Of a stretch of DNA of 64,000 nt, positions 1-11,973 are shown in pieces; positions within the stretch are counted from its first letter, which is position 1, and every line of letters starts with the position of its first letter. This stretch comes from a phage. Location: NCBI GenBank assembly GCA_021537435.1, contig GCA_021537435.1_3050.1; one strand, 5' to 3'. Position numbers and translations under genes: made by a program. The notes below the pieces were generated by a model. That model did not search any database, was not told the DNA's origin, and was given only the letters and a program-made list of their open reading frames with translations.

Positions 1-81
1 ATCTTTATTCTTTTCAAGAATTGCTTGCTTCTGCTTAGTTGAACCAATAGATGCTATTTCGTTCAGAATTTTAAGAATCAT
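1..81 (-). CDS. 30: DNA ligase gp30, N-terminal fragment (gene runs off the window start)
   Basis: Reverse complement of 1..81 translates MILKILNEIASIGSTKQKQAILEKNKD, matching the recalled N-terminus of T4 DNA ligase; ATG at 79..81. Confidence 0.8.
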   Translation of the reverse strand, partial: MILKILNEIASIGSTKQKQAILEKNKD

Positions 82-347
82 TGTTCATCCTTTAGAGTTT
101 GGTTTACAGCTCTATTATAAATCAATTCATCATTAAGCTCAGTCAAAGACTTGTGGTACGTGGTTCTAACTTTATTTCCTTGCATCCAGTGCTTGACGTA
201 AATGAAACCTTGCTCTACACATTTTTTAAAAATTCGTTCGTCTTTTTGAGCTCGAAATTCTGGATTGCATCTAAAAAATTGATTTACGTGACCGTAATCA
301 CGTGTAGTATTACCTTCATTTTCATAAATAGTGTGAACGACAAACAT
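78..347 (-). CDS. hypothetical protein (30.1-like position)
   Basis: ORF-track 89 aa; start overlaps upstream stop; same strand as flanking early genes. Confidence 0.5.
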   Translation of the reverse strand: MFVVHTIYENEGNTTRDYGHVNQFFRCNPEFRAQKDERIFKKCVEQGFIYVKHWMQGNKVRTTYHKSLTELNDELIYNRAVNQTLKDEQ

Positions 348-1183
348 TAGAATGCTCCTTGGAAAATATTATCACCACTAGTAGGTCTATTATACAAATA
401 CTCTATGCCACCGGGTTTAATATAGTTCCATGTCTGAAACGGATGCGTCTGATATGGATGATATAGATTATAAGGATTAAATCCAGGAGTTCTCCAGGTA
501 GTGTTCCAAGGAAAAGAATCGTTTTTAATCATCTTCTCAATTACATCTTTTATAACTTTTTCACTATCAAAACTTTCTTTATTTTCCTTCGATGGAAAAA
601 GCTTATTCTCTACATCATTCCATGTATAAACTCGCTGCGCAGTTTTTGGAATATTGTCACGCTCTCCTCGAGCCATCCAATAAACAGGAACATTTAATAT
701 TTCACTCGCGTGATCGCAGTGGTGAGCGAGATCGTCAATATAACAAATTACGTTATATTTCTCTTTTGCCTTTTTGAACAACTCTTCTTTTGAAGAATCA
801 TGACCACACATCAATACTTCTGAGAAGGCACCAGGAAAAAGAGCATTCAAATTAAATTGACGATTTAGCAGAGCGTCAATAGAATCACCCAATGCTGTAA
901 CAGCTACAAAATTATAATCTTCTTTTAATTTGTTAATTACACACAGGGCATCTTTATACGGAGACAAGTAACGAATAAAATCTGAACGATTGTATTTTTC
1001 AATTAACTTGACACCAAGTTCTTCATCGCAATTAAAGAGCTTACCAGGAGAAATAAATTTTTCGTCCTGAATCATTTTTAAAATATGTTCCAACGGAAGA
1101 TTATATTTTTGGGCAAAATAAGGAAGACCTGATTGCCAGCTTAAACACACCCCGTCAATATCAGTCAAAATAGTAGGCTTCAT
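347..1183 (-). CDS. HAD-superfamily hydrolase-like protein (30.2-like position)
   Basis: 278 aa; N-terminal LTDIDGV resembles HAD motif I. Confidence 0.55.
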   Translation of the reverse strand: MKPTILTDIDGVCLSWQSGLPYFAQKYNLPLEHILKMIQDEKFISPGKLFNCDEELGVKLIEKYNRSDFIRYLSPYKDALCVINKLKEDYNFVAVTALGDSIDALLNRQFNLNALFPGAFSEVLMCGHDSSKEELFKKAKEKYNVICYIDDLAHHCDHASEILNVPVYWMARGERDNIPKTAQRVYTWNDVENKLFPSKENKESFDSEKVIKDVIEKMIKNDSFPWNTTWRTPGFNPYNLYHPYQTHPFQTWNYIKPGGIEYLYNRPTSGDNIFQGAF

Positions 1184-1644
1184 AGAGAGTCTCTTAATAG
1201 GTTTAACACATCAATAAATTCAGCTTCGGTTAGTATTGTATCATCTTTTGTTAGACCACTAGCCATGCTATGCTTCAAAACTTTTCCTTTCGAGGCTAGT
1301 AATGCATCACGAAAGCCCTTGTTTTGAATCGCTGCTTCAAAATATGCATTTGTGTACAACTCTTTCCACGCAGGTGAGTATCTTGAAAACGGAACTCCAA
1401 GCCAGAAGAGGGTCCCACGGTCCTGAGCTCTAGCATAAGACCTTCCAGCTTGTTGGGCGGCAAGCCCGGATAACCCAAATACACGACGTTGCTGTTCAAC
1501 ATTTTTCACCTTACATCCTTGGAGAAATCCTTCAAGACCTCCAAATTGGATACCATCCATAACAAAAGGCCATTGGGCGAAATTACTTAATGCACACGAT
1601 GGCCATCTAAAATTGCTTCTAATCTCTAACTCAGGCATTTTCAA
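1180..1644 (-). CDS. NADAR / YbiA-like (DUF1768) domain protein (30.3-like position)
   Basis: 154 aa; LSNFAQWPFVMDG segment resembles E. coli YbiA FSNFAAWPIKVDG. Confidence 0.55.
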   Translation of the reverse strand: MKMPELEIRSNFRWPSCALSNFAQWPFVMDGIQFGGLEGFLQGCKVKNVEQQRRVFGLSGLAAQQAGRSYARAQDRGTLFWLGVPFSRYSPAWKELYTNAYFEAAIQNKGFRDALLASKGKVLKHSMASGLTKDDTILTEAEFIDVLNLLRDSL

Positions 1645-1837
1645 TACTTATAATTTCAACATCAGCCCAATGACCATAGCAAGGAAGACGAAATTCAACT
1701 GGCCAGTTAGGGTCCTTTTCTAATATAATAGACTCAACTCGTGGTTCTTCATGTTCATCAGTATATGGATTTTTATCTGTTACTTTATATGTGACCTTAA
1801 TGTACTGAATTCCAAAAATCTTATTAATTATATTCAT
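1631..1837 (-). CDS. hypothetical protein
   Basis: ORF-track 68 aa, overlapping-stop packing. Confidence 0.4.
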   Translation of the reverse strand: MNIINKIFGIQYIKVTYKVTDKNPYTDEHEEPRVESIILEKDPNWPVEFRLPCYGHWADVEIISIENA

Positions 1838-2031
1838 ACTAATTCCTTTAATCCGTAAATAGGAGATAATTCATCACCCATGCGAAGGTCTTCATTTCCA
1901 TCTACCCAGGAAACAATATAAGCCTCTTTTATTTGAATACCACTCCATTTAAATGGAGGTAGAACCTTAGAAATTAATCCAGGTATACCAACTCCCTTTA
2001 ATTCAACAGTTTGACCTAAAAAGAATTTCAT
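1834..2031 (-). CDS. hypothetical protein
   Basis: ORF-track 65 aa. Confidence 0.4.
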   Translation of the reverse strand: MKFFLGQTVELKGVGIPGLISKVLPPFKWSGIQIKEAYIVSWVDGNEDLRMGDELSPIYGLKELV

Positions 2032-2318
2032 TAGAACCTCATCTGAAAGCCGTGTGATTTAACATTACCGCCGCCAATATCAGAAATATTAATTTCACGC
2101 GCAATTGAAGGGTCAATGTCAATTTCACGATTAAGTTTAGCGATAGCTAAAGTATCACGCCCATTTACTGTACGGAATTCTAAAGGACAAACCACATCAA
2201 CATAATTTTTAATCGATTCACTGGTAGGTTGCAAATGAGCAGGAAGGTCTTTAGGCGCCTTAGAGAAAACAACTTCACAGAAATTTTTGCGGGTATCAAA
2301 ATAAGTAGTCATAAACAT
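2031..2318 (-). CDS. hypothetical protein (start trimmed to MFMTTYFD)
   Basis: ORF-track 2031..2369; internal ATG at 2316..2318 is preceded by GAGGAAAA SD. Confidence 0.45.
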   Translation of the reverse strand: MFMTTYFDTRKNFCEVVFSKAPKDLPAHLQPTSESIKNYVDVVCPLEFRTVNGRDTLAIAKLNREIDIDPSIAREINISDIGGGNVKSHGFQMRF

Positions 2319-2358
2319 AGTATTTTCCTCAGTAAGGGGCCGAAGCCCCTGTTTTATT

Positions 2359-2724
2359 TTAAATATCAAATTCGTTAAGAACTACATCAAAGATTGCTTC
2401 AAGATGCTCAGGTTTAGCTCTGTTACTCAAAATATGACGAATCCAAGTTTTAACCAGAAGCTTACGATTAGCGCCATTCCAGCAAGGATGGGTCCCTAAA
2501 TCGCGTTGACGAAAATCATCATCCAGAGCGATTTTGAAGTTTGAACCTTCCATTGTGATTGAAACCGTGATGCCATTTTCAAATCGCATATAAACGTAGT
2601 TAGGAGTCATATACTGTTCAATTTCGCATACTGATCCATTTTGATGTTTCCAAAGGCAAATAGTATCAATAGAACCTGCAATACCATTAGAAACATATTT
2701 ACGTTCAAAGTTGATGTAGTTCAT
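2359..2724 (-). CDS. hypothetical protein
   Basis: ORF-track 121 aa; early promoter upstream. Confidence 0.5.
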   Translation of the reverse strand: MNYINFERKYVSNGIAGSIDTICLWKHQNGSVCEIEQYMTPNYVYMRFENGITVSITMEGSNFKIALDDDFRQRDLGTHPCWNGANRKLLVKTWIRHILSNRAKPEHLEAIFDVVLNEFDI

Positions 2725-2757
2725 TTTTATTCTCCGAGATGTTTAATTGCGGTACAG

Positions 2758-2790
2758 GTATATAATATCATATCCTGTACCAAAGTAAAC
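2758..2790 (-). promoter_or_regulatory. T4-type early promoter
   Basis: Minus strand GTTTACT -35 and A/T-rich -10 at about 17 nt. Confidence 0.45.
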
Positions 2791-2792
2791 AA

Positions 2793-3125
2793 TTATTTTA
2801 CTACTTTCCAGTGCTTCATGTCAAGTTTACCAACTTTTTTCATCTTCTCAATCAAACGTTCGGCACGTTGGCGAGCTGTAACATAATACCATTCGCCTAA
2901 TTCATTTTGTTCAATTTTTCCAACGATTACTGTATTCAATTCATAAATCCAACCAGTAAAGAAATTATGAACTTGAATTGTAAAGGTGAAATCTGTTCCC
3001 ATACCTTCTGTTGTTTCTACTTCAATAATATCACCTTCAACTGCCATTAAGAACCACATAGTTTCATCATATTTACCATTGAAGCATTTAGTCTTAACTG
3101 CAGCGTTCAGATTAATCGTTTTCAT
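2793..3125 (-). CDS. hypothetical protein
   Basis: ORF-track 110 aa; early promoter upstream. Confidence 0.5.
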   Translation of the reverse strand: MKTINLNAAVKTKCFNGKYDETMWFLMAVEGDIIEVETTEGMGTDFTFTIQVHNFFTGWIYELNTVIVGKIEQNELGEWYYVTARQRAERLIEKMKKVGKLDMKHWKVVK

Positions 3126-3149
3126 TTTATTCTCCTTTGTTTGTGTAAG

Positions 3150-3182
3150 ATAATACTATCACAAAGGAACCATACTGTAAAC
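3150..3182 (-). promoter_or_regulatory. T4-type early promoter
   Basis: Minus strand GTTTACA -35, -10-like element at about 17 nt. Confidence 0.4.
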
Positions 3183-3200
3183 AACTTTATGCAATCTTTG

Positions 3201-3232
3201 GAAAATAAAAAAGGACTCCCGAAGGAGTCCTT
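3201..3232 (-). terminator. intrinsic terminator
   Basis: Minus strand AGGACUCC-UUCG-GGAGUCCU followed by UUUUUAUUUU. Confidence 0.7.
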
Positions 3233-3235
3233 AAC

Positions 3236-3412
3236 TTATGCTTTCTGCTTACCAAAACGAGAAGCATCATCTCGAAGAACCGCACGTGCTCGGCGCATGA
3301 TCTTCTCAACAGTTTGATTGATACGAGAGTTCGACCCACGCTTGTAGCCAGCGCGTTTAGAATCACCAACTTTCTTTTCAACTGCTTTCTTTGCTTTAGC
3401 TTGTTTTGCCAT
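3236..3412 (-). CDS. small basic protein (30.9-like position)
   Basis: MAKQAKAKKAVEKK..., 58 aa from ATG 3410..3412; terminator hairpin follows. Confidence 0.45.
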   Translation of the reverse strand: MAKQAKAKKAVEKKVGDSKRAGYKRGSNSRINQTVEKIMRRARAVLRDDASRFGKQKA

Positions 3413-3655
3413 TATAAATTCTCTTTTAAATGAAAATGCAGGACTTATTGGCATTGCCTGCGCAAGCCCTCAAGGGGAACATAGGTTTTGGATATTTAAC
3501 GACAGGATAACCATAAACCCGTCATCATTCACATTCAAGAGGTACACCATAAAACTGCCGGGGTCTTAAAACTATAATGATTCGCAAATCATTAATCAGA
3601 CAGTTCGATGGCTCCTCGATTTTAGCTCACACTAAGGCAGTGAATCTCCAATAAA

Positions 3656-3904
3656 TTACTTCAGTGTTACCACAAAGTGACGAACTGCTTTTCGTGCAGC
3701 AGAAGCCAGAGGCTTAGCATACTTAAGTTCATCTTTTTCCTGAAGCTCAGCAGCTAATGCAGTTTGAGCAGGATTCAGATGTTTGAAATAACGCAGGATT
3801 TCAAGAGCTTCGGCTTCAACATCAATAGATGCGCCATAGTTTTCGTGACCATTATTCCATGCGTTTCGTTGCAGTTCAAGAGCGTGTTGTAATTGTTTAA
3901 TCAT
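3656..3904 (-). CDS. rIII: rIII lysis-inhibition accessory protein
   Basis: 82 aa, same size and position (between gene 30 block and gene 31) as T4 rIII. Confidence 0.75.
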   Translation of the reverse strand: MIKQLQHALELQRNAWNNGHENYGASIDVEAEALEILRYFKHLNPAQTALAAELQEKDELKYAKPLASAARKAVRHFVVTLK

Positions 3905-4042
3905 TTAAAAATTCTCGTTAGAGATTAAAACTCGGTAGTCACGTTCTTCTGATTTCATCTTCTTTCGACAGATCTCTCAGTTGTAGACTACCACATAGAA
4001 TTGTTCGGTTAACTTATTATTCCGACACCCAATTCATATTAT

Positions 4043-4050
4043 TATTTATA
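4043..4050 (-). promoter_or_regulatory. candidate late promoter TATAAATA upstream of rIII
   Basis: Minus-strand TATAAATA about 140 nt upstream of the rIII ATG. Confidence 0.35.
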
Positions 4051-4386
4051 TCACTTATAAAGACACGGAATAGCTTTATAGTGACAAGTAACGAATTTTT
4101 GTTTAATTTCTTTTGGCTGCTTAAGACCCAGAGCTACAAAAGGATGCGGAACATTTCGAATTTGACCAACTGGAAGAGAAGTCAAATCACCAACTTCGCA
4201 GAAACCTTCAGGAACATCAGGACCGACAGAGTGAACTACACATAGTTCAGGAACTTCACCTTGAACACGTTTACCGATAATAAGTCCTGATTCTGTAACT
4301 TCTTCATCACCGGCTTGTGCAGGTTCAGAAACTAAAATAACATATTCACCGACAGCACGAATTGGTAGCTGTTGTACTTCAGACAT
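4051..4386 (-). CDS. 31: gp31 co-chaperonin (GroES analogue)
   Basis: 111 aa, matches recalled T4 gp31 size, sequence and position. Confidence 0.85.
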
Positions 4387-4442
4387 CGTTTTTCCTTTTT
4401 GTTAACAGATGAATTAATAATAACAAATAATTCTTAAAGCAT

Positions 4443-4751
4443 TTATTTACCAATAAATTGGAGTAAATGCTCAACTTTCATACCATTAACAGAAATCAAT
4501 TTGTCAATAGAAAAACCTCGCCATGCACCAAGTTCAACATCAAATACTGGAATCATGTCAGTAGATTCTTTCCGAGTCGATTCAGTCAATTTACCAGTTT
4601 GCATGGTTGGCATAAAGTCTGCGTCACGAGTACCTTTCATAGTACGAATAGTACCATCAGACTTTTCAAAAACTACGTTTGAAACACCCATGGACAGTTT
4701 AGTTTTCAAAATTTCACGAATTGCTACTTTCTGCTCAGTTGTTAGTTTCAT
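4443..4751 (-). CDS. hypothetical protein (31.1-like)
   Basis: ORF-track 102 aa. Confidence 0.5.
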   Translation of the reverse strand: MKLTTEQKVAIREILKTKLSMGVSNVVFEKSDGTIRTMKGTRDADFMPTMQTGKLTESTRKESTDMIPVFDVELGAWRGFSIDKLISVNGMKVEHLLQFIGK

Positions 4752-4988
4752 TTATTTACCTATCACAGTTTTAATATGAGTTGTTCCACGTTCTTTAAGG
4801 GTGGAAAGTAATTTTTGGCATTTTTCTAAATCAGATTTCCAACTATATGGTCTATCAATACTAGTCCAATCAGTTTTATAATACTGTTTCCATTTAGAGA
4901 AAAAATATTTCTTATACTCTACAGCAAATGAGATGTTCTCGTTAGAATAAGAACTAATTGCTGTGAGCTTTACCAAACGAAATTTCAT
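4752..4988 (-). CDS. hypothetical protein (31.2-like)
   Basis: ORF-track 78 aa. Confidence 0.45.
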   Translation of the reverse strand: MKFRLVKLTAISSYSNENISFAVEYKKYFFSKWKQYYKTDWTSIDRPYSWKSDLEKCQKLLSTLKERGTTHIKTVIGK

Positions 4989-5569
4989 TATTCACCACAG
5001 AATTCGTTGATATTTTCCCAGTTTAACTTATTCAAGTTTTTCTTAGGAACATTAAACACTTCAATACCTGCATTTCGCAGAATATCATCCCAGCCAGGTT
5101 TATTTTTATCGTATGTTTCACAATAAACCAGCTTTTTAATACCAGATTGAGCTATCGCTTTTGCGCAATCTGGACAGGGAGAAAGTGTTACATACATAGT
5201 AGCACCTTCAATAGAAGAACCATTTCGTGCAGCAAACAAAATTGCATTTAGTTCAGCATGAATTTCATTTTTAGACGACCATTCAGAGTGAGCGCTACGG
5301 TGTTCTTTCGCCAAGATAAAACGATCAGTTGAACCAAACGATACACATTCAGGCTTATGACCTTGAATGATAGTATGTTTAGGTTTATTCAACAACCAAC
5401 CTTGCTCGGCAGCATAATCGCAGCAGTTCACACCCCCGGCAGGTGAACCATTATATCCGGTAGAAATAATACGTCCATTCTTTTCAATTACTGCTCCTAC
5501 TTTCCAGGAGCAACATTTTGATTCTTGTGATACTAAATATGCAATTTGAAGTACTGTACTCGCTTTCAT
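4988..5569 (-). CDS. cd: dCMP deaminase
   Basis: 193 aa; cytidine/dCMP deaminase zinc motifs HAE and PCxxC. Confidence 0.9.
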   Translation of the reverse strand: MKASTVLQIAYLVSQESKCCSWKVGAVIEKNGRIISTGYNGSPAGGVNCCDYAAEQGWLLNKPKHTIIQGHKPECVSFGSTDRFILAKEHRSAHSEWSSKNEIHAELNAILFAARNGSSIEGATMYVTLSPCPDCAKAIAQSGIKKLVYCETYDKNKPGWDDILRNAGIEVFNVPKKNLNKLNWENINEFCGE

Positions 5570-5904
5570 TTCATAATCACCAGATAAGCAGATTTAGCAG
5601 TTTCAACACGATAAATTTCGTGACGAAGTTTAGTTATACTTTTAATAACAGAACTAATTATATTCTGCCCATCTTTAAAGCGGTTTTTCTTATCAATAAA
5701 AATTGCACCAGCCATCTTTTTGTGAAGCTCAACTGGATACTTCGTCACAATAATAGCATCATACACAGAAGGATGAATACTATTCACTAGAGTATCATTC
5801 ATTAAAGTTATTCTAATGAACTGTGCTGTTTCAGAGTCAAGCGCTCTATGATCGCCAGTATCATTTTCAAGACAATTATCAATTATATCAGTTAAATTCA
5901 TCAT
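5566..5904 (-). CDS. hypothetical protein
   Basis: ORF-track 112 aa. Confidence 0.45.
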   Translation of the reverse strand: MMNLTDIIDNCLENDTGDHRALDSETAQFIRITLMNDTLVNSIHPSVYDAIIVTKYPVELHKKMAGAIFIDKKNRFKDGQNIISSVIKSITKLRHEIYRVETAKSAYLVIMK

Positions 5905-6137
5905 AGTACGCCATACACCCTTTGTGCTTCAACTAATCCATCAAAATCCAGTTTAAGATGCGATATTTGATCGCCATCACCTGGATTCACAATTACTAAT
6001 ACTGAACGAGGAGTTTCGGTAATAACACGAACCGATGTTTCAGGAAATCGTTCAGAAACCTTATTTACCAATTCCTGCGCAAATAGTTTAACTTTTTCTT
6101 GGAATTCTTTAACAGTAATTGGTTTTTCACTTAGCAT
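5901..6137 (-). CDS. hypothetical protein
   Basis: ORF-track 78 aa; early promoter upstream. Confidence 0.45.
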   Translation of the reverse strand: MLSEKPITVKEFQEKVKLFAQELVNKVSERFPETSVRVITETPRSVLVIVNPGDGDQISHLKLDFDGLVEAQRVYGVL

Positions 6138-6164
6138 TTTGTTTTCCTCATTTGTTTTGGTAGA

Positions 6165-6197
6165 GCTATAATATCACAACTCTACCATAAAGTAAAC
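6165..6197 (-). promoter_or_regulatory. T4-type early promoter
   Basis: Minus strand GTTTACT, 17 nt, TGTGATATTAT. Confidence 0.5.
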
Positions 6198-6199
6198 TG

Positions 6200-6505
6200 T
6201 TAAATTGCCTTGAATTCTGATGTCTGTGATTCAAAACGAATATCGCCTTTGATGACTAGCTCAGCATCAAGACCAAATACGACAATGATATGCGCGGAAC
6301 CTGGATACAACGTAATGGCAATAGAATCCACCTGGTCTGGAAGCAAAGTGTTCAATACATGAGTCACTTGAGCATGGATTCGAAGCTCGGCTGCGTTATC
6401 AAGCTTTTCAAACATATTATTAGCGATAATTTGACTAAACACTACTTCTACGATTTTAGAATAAGTCGGAAACATATTTACCTCACATAATTTTCTTCGA
6501 GCCAA
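6200..6505 (-). CDS. hypothetical protein
   Basis: ORF-track 101 aa. Confidence 0.45.
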   Translation of the reverse strand: MARRKLCEVNMFPTYSKIVEVVFSQIIANNMFEKLDNAAELRIHAQVTHVLNTLLPDQVDSIAITLYPGSAHIIVVFGLDAELVIKGDIRFESQTSEFKAI

Positions 6506-6537
6506 TTAATAATCCCAAGTTTCATGATGCCACGCCA

Positions 6538-7666
<1,129 letters not shown>

Positions 7667-7676
<10 letters not shown>

Positions 7677-7966
7677 TTATCCTCTTTTAACTCTTGGCGA
7701 TAATAACATATCATAGTTTTCTGATCATGTACATATCGTTTTACATCATTAAGCCAAATACGAAATTCCTGGGAATCTTCGAATGGCATACCGACCCAAG
7801 CTTTACCATCAATAACTTTAACTTGCCAGGATAGTTTAGCTTCATCATATGACTTTATTTGTACTGGCCAATTAGGATGAACTGTTTCTTTCTTTACTTC
7901 TAGAGGCTTTGTCGAACAACCAACTAGAAGACCAATAGATAATATTACTGCTGATAGTTTAATCAT
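7667..7966 (-). CDS. putative lipoprotein
   Basis: N-terminal signal peptide ending in lipobox LVGC. Confidence 0.5.
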
Positions 7967-8316
7967 TTAGAAAGGTCCTGGATGTCTTCTGCGAACTTGT
8001 TGAAGGAGTTGTTGATTTGTTTTTCAACCAATCCTGGCTTATGAGCCACCACATCCGCCTTCTTTGCGTCTTTGCGCAGTTTTTCATTTTCACGCTCAAT
8101 AGCAGCAATTGCCTCACGATTTTTATTATTCATCGCATCAATATAATTATACTGAATTCGCAAATTATTTAATGCTAAAGCGTTTTCATTGGCCGTTTTT
8201 GTAATTTCTACAACAGACGTTTCTAATCTTTCAATTTTATTTTTTAAAATTAAAGAAGTTCCGCCCAATGCAATTACAATTAATAGCAAGCCTGCTGTCG
8301 TATTACTTAATTGCAT
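7963..8316 (-). CDS. membrane-anchored hypothetical protein
   Basis: N-terminal hydrophobic helix then charged coiled-coil-like region. Confidence 0.45.
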   Translation of the reverse strand: MQLSNTTAGLLLIVIALGGTSLILKNKIERLETSVVEITKTANENALALNNLRIQYNYIDAMNNKNREAIAAIERENEKLRKDAKKADVVAHKPGLVEKQINNSFNKFAEDIQDLSK

Positions 8317-8813
8317 AAAGTTTTAATAACCTCTATAATATCGTCTTGAGAAAGACCGTTAATTAAAATATGATGTTCAGCAGGAGATTTAGAAATTTTA
8401 AAACATGCCTCAACATCTTCTGCCATATCCGATGCGCTACGATTTGGATTACTAATTCCAAGACGATGTTTTCCCGTTAAAGGATTAACGATGATATAGC
8501 ATTTACAGTTGTTAATATGAACATTAGGTTGAGTCTGATTAATGAACACATCGCAATCATATTTCGCAAGCTGATTTTCTAAAAAGACTTTCATCTCCTC
8601 AACTGCATCAGGAAGCATATCACGGGCTTGCTCAAGACGACGATTTCGATATTCTTTAATGGTCGTTTTCCGCTTGACTTGTTTAGCTAAATCTTTCTTA
8701 AGATCGGTGATATATCCAACTCGACGATTTCCTTTAAATACAGAAATCCCATCTGTAGTATCACCATATGCTTCAACGACCATCTCAGTAGTAATAAGCT
8801 GCAAATCCATCAT
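8307..8813 (-). CDS. alc: Alc (host transcription unfolding/termination protein) candidate
   Basis: 168 aa; size and position between pseT block and rnlA as in T4. Confidence 0.6.
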   Translation of the reverse strand: MMDLQLITTEMVVEAYGDTTDGISVFKGNRRVGYITDLKKDLAKQVKRKTTIKEYRNRRLEQARDMLPDAVEEMKVFLENQLAKYDCDVFINQTQPNVHINNCKCYIIVNPLTGKHRLGISNPNRSASDMAEDVEACFKISKSPAEHHILINGLSQDDIIEVIKTLCN

Positions 8814-8839
8814 AAAGTCCTCATGTTATGTCAGTAAGA

Positions 8840-8872
8840 CTACTGTAACACAACACGAGGGACTTGTAAACA
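8840..8872 (-). promoter_or_regulatory. T4-type early promoter upstream of alc
   Basis: Minus strand GTTTACA, 17 nt, TACAGT. Confidence 0.45.
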
Positions 8873-8874
8873 GC

Positions 8875-10462
<1,588 letters not shown>

Positions 10463-10489
10463 AATAAAATGGGCCTTGTGGCCCACTCC

Positions 10490-10992
10490 TTAAAAATATT
10501 TTTTAAAACTCATCATAACTTTATCATCAACATCATTATCAATCTGTGCTACAAGGTAAGATGACAGTTCTACTTCTTGTGGCGCGGATTGAACATTATC
10601 AGAATTAAGATATTCACGAATCCAAGGATACGGATGTTTAACCGGAGCATCAGTAATTGGGCATGGAAGACCGCACTGTTTCATACGAGATACAGTTAAG
10701 TAATCAATAAAGCTCCACATGCTATTTGTATTTAATCCAGGAACATCGCCATCTTTAAATAAATGAACTGCCCAGTCTTTTTCTTGACGGTTAACTTCCA
10801 TGAAAATATCAACTGCTTCTTGTTCACACTCTTGAGCAATTTTAACCCATTCATCGCCATCAGTACCAGATTGAAGTTGACGAATAATATATTGGGTGCC
10901 TTTAAGGTGAAGCTGTTCATCGCGTGCAATGAACTTCATAATCTTGGCATTACCTTCCATGATTTCCATGTTTTTATGGAAGTTGAAAGTAC
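10490..10992 (-). CDS. nrdB: ribonucleotide reductase small subunit, exon 2
   Basis: Joined to exon 1 gives ...FYVSFA-C-TFNFHKNMEIMEGNAK..., colinear with E. coli NrdB; total 388 aa. Confidence 0.85.
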
Positions 10993-11128
10993 CGTTATGT
11001 TCGATTGAGCTCGCTAATTCTCAATCCGTTCTCTTATGAACTGCTACATATTACTATGCAGACCAGACTATATCACAATCCCAGAGGGATTCTCCCCATT
11101 TCGAGTCGCTTGACCCTACGTCCGAAGA

Positions 11129-11938
11129 CTAGTCGTTGAACCTTGCTTTGCAATTGTCGCCGTGCCATCGTTTATATGTTGATGGTGATAAATCTTTCTT
11201 ATCACAATATGGACAATTCAATTGAATTCTATTTGGATTTAATTTACATCTGTCATTATGTTTTAGATAAAATCCAGGACCTTTACCAATGTGACCACAG
11301 AAATCACATGTGATTTCTTTTTGTGCAGGATGGGTCCCGTTCTTAACCATTTCTAATGTTTTTGCTGATGTTCTTTTCTTATGGTCTTCTGATAAGAAAT
11401 GATGTGAACCGTCATTTACCCGTTTTGATTGAGTTTCTGACTGCATTTTACCACCGCAAAATACATGAGTACCTTCTTTTATAGCTGCAATATTACGTTC
11501 TTTAACTTTTGCAATATGCTCAGCTTGTTGAAAATTATGTATACCTAATGCAACTCTATTTAAATTAGATTTACGCTGTATTTCACCATCTAAAAGATGA
11601 AATGTACCATTTTCTATCTTAGATTTAATAGAGGCAATATTTTTAGCTCGTACTTCAGGGATATTAAAAATCTGGATTTCTCTAGATTTTGCGGCTTTAG
11701 AAGCTAATTCAGAAATTTCTTCAGGAGAATATTTCATTCTAAGCTTTATAGCATGACAAGCCTGGTAATCTTTTTGAGCTAAATGTATATCATAATGTTC
11801 CTGTATAGAAAGGCACATCAAATTATCTAAATCATTATTTTCACGGTTACCGTCTTTATGATGGATTTCGTATGTTCTTCCATCAGAATCTTTAGGTATA
11901 GGTCCGTTAGCATCTATCCAAATTTTTCTATAGTTCAA
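11129..11938 (-). CDS. I-TevIII: intron-encoded HNH homing endonuclease, full length (TTG start in ORF track)
   Basis: 269 aa inside nrdB intron; EIHHKDGNRENNDLDNL HNH motif and C-terminal CxxC pairs. Confidence 0.8.
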   Translation of the reverse strand: MNYRKIWIDANGPIPKDSDGRTYEIHHKDGNRENNDLDNLMCLSIQEHYDIHLAQKDYQACHAIKLRMKYSPEEISELASKAAKSREIQIFNIPEVRAKNIASIKSKIENGTFHLLDGEIQRKSNLNRVALGIHNFQQAEHIAKVKERNIAAIKEGTHVFCGGKMQSETQSKRVNDGSHHFLSEDHKKRTSAKTLEMVKNGTHPAQKEITCDFCGHIGKGPGFYLKHNDRCKLNPNRIQLNCPYCDKKDLSPSTYKRWHGDNCKARFND

Positions 11939-11965
11939 TTGTGCATCCTCTTAAAAGTATAATCA

Positions 11966-11973
11966 TATTTATA
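11966..11973 (-). promoter_or_regulatory. late promoter TATAAATA inside nrdB intron, upstream of I-TevIII
   Basis: Minus-strand TATAAATA about 28 nt before the ORF start; TTTGCTTGC MotA-box-like element just upstream. Confidence 0.55.
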
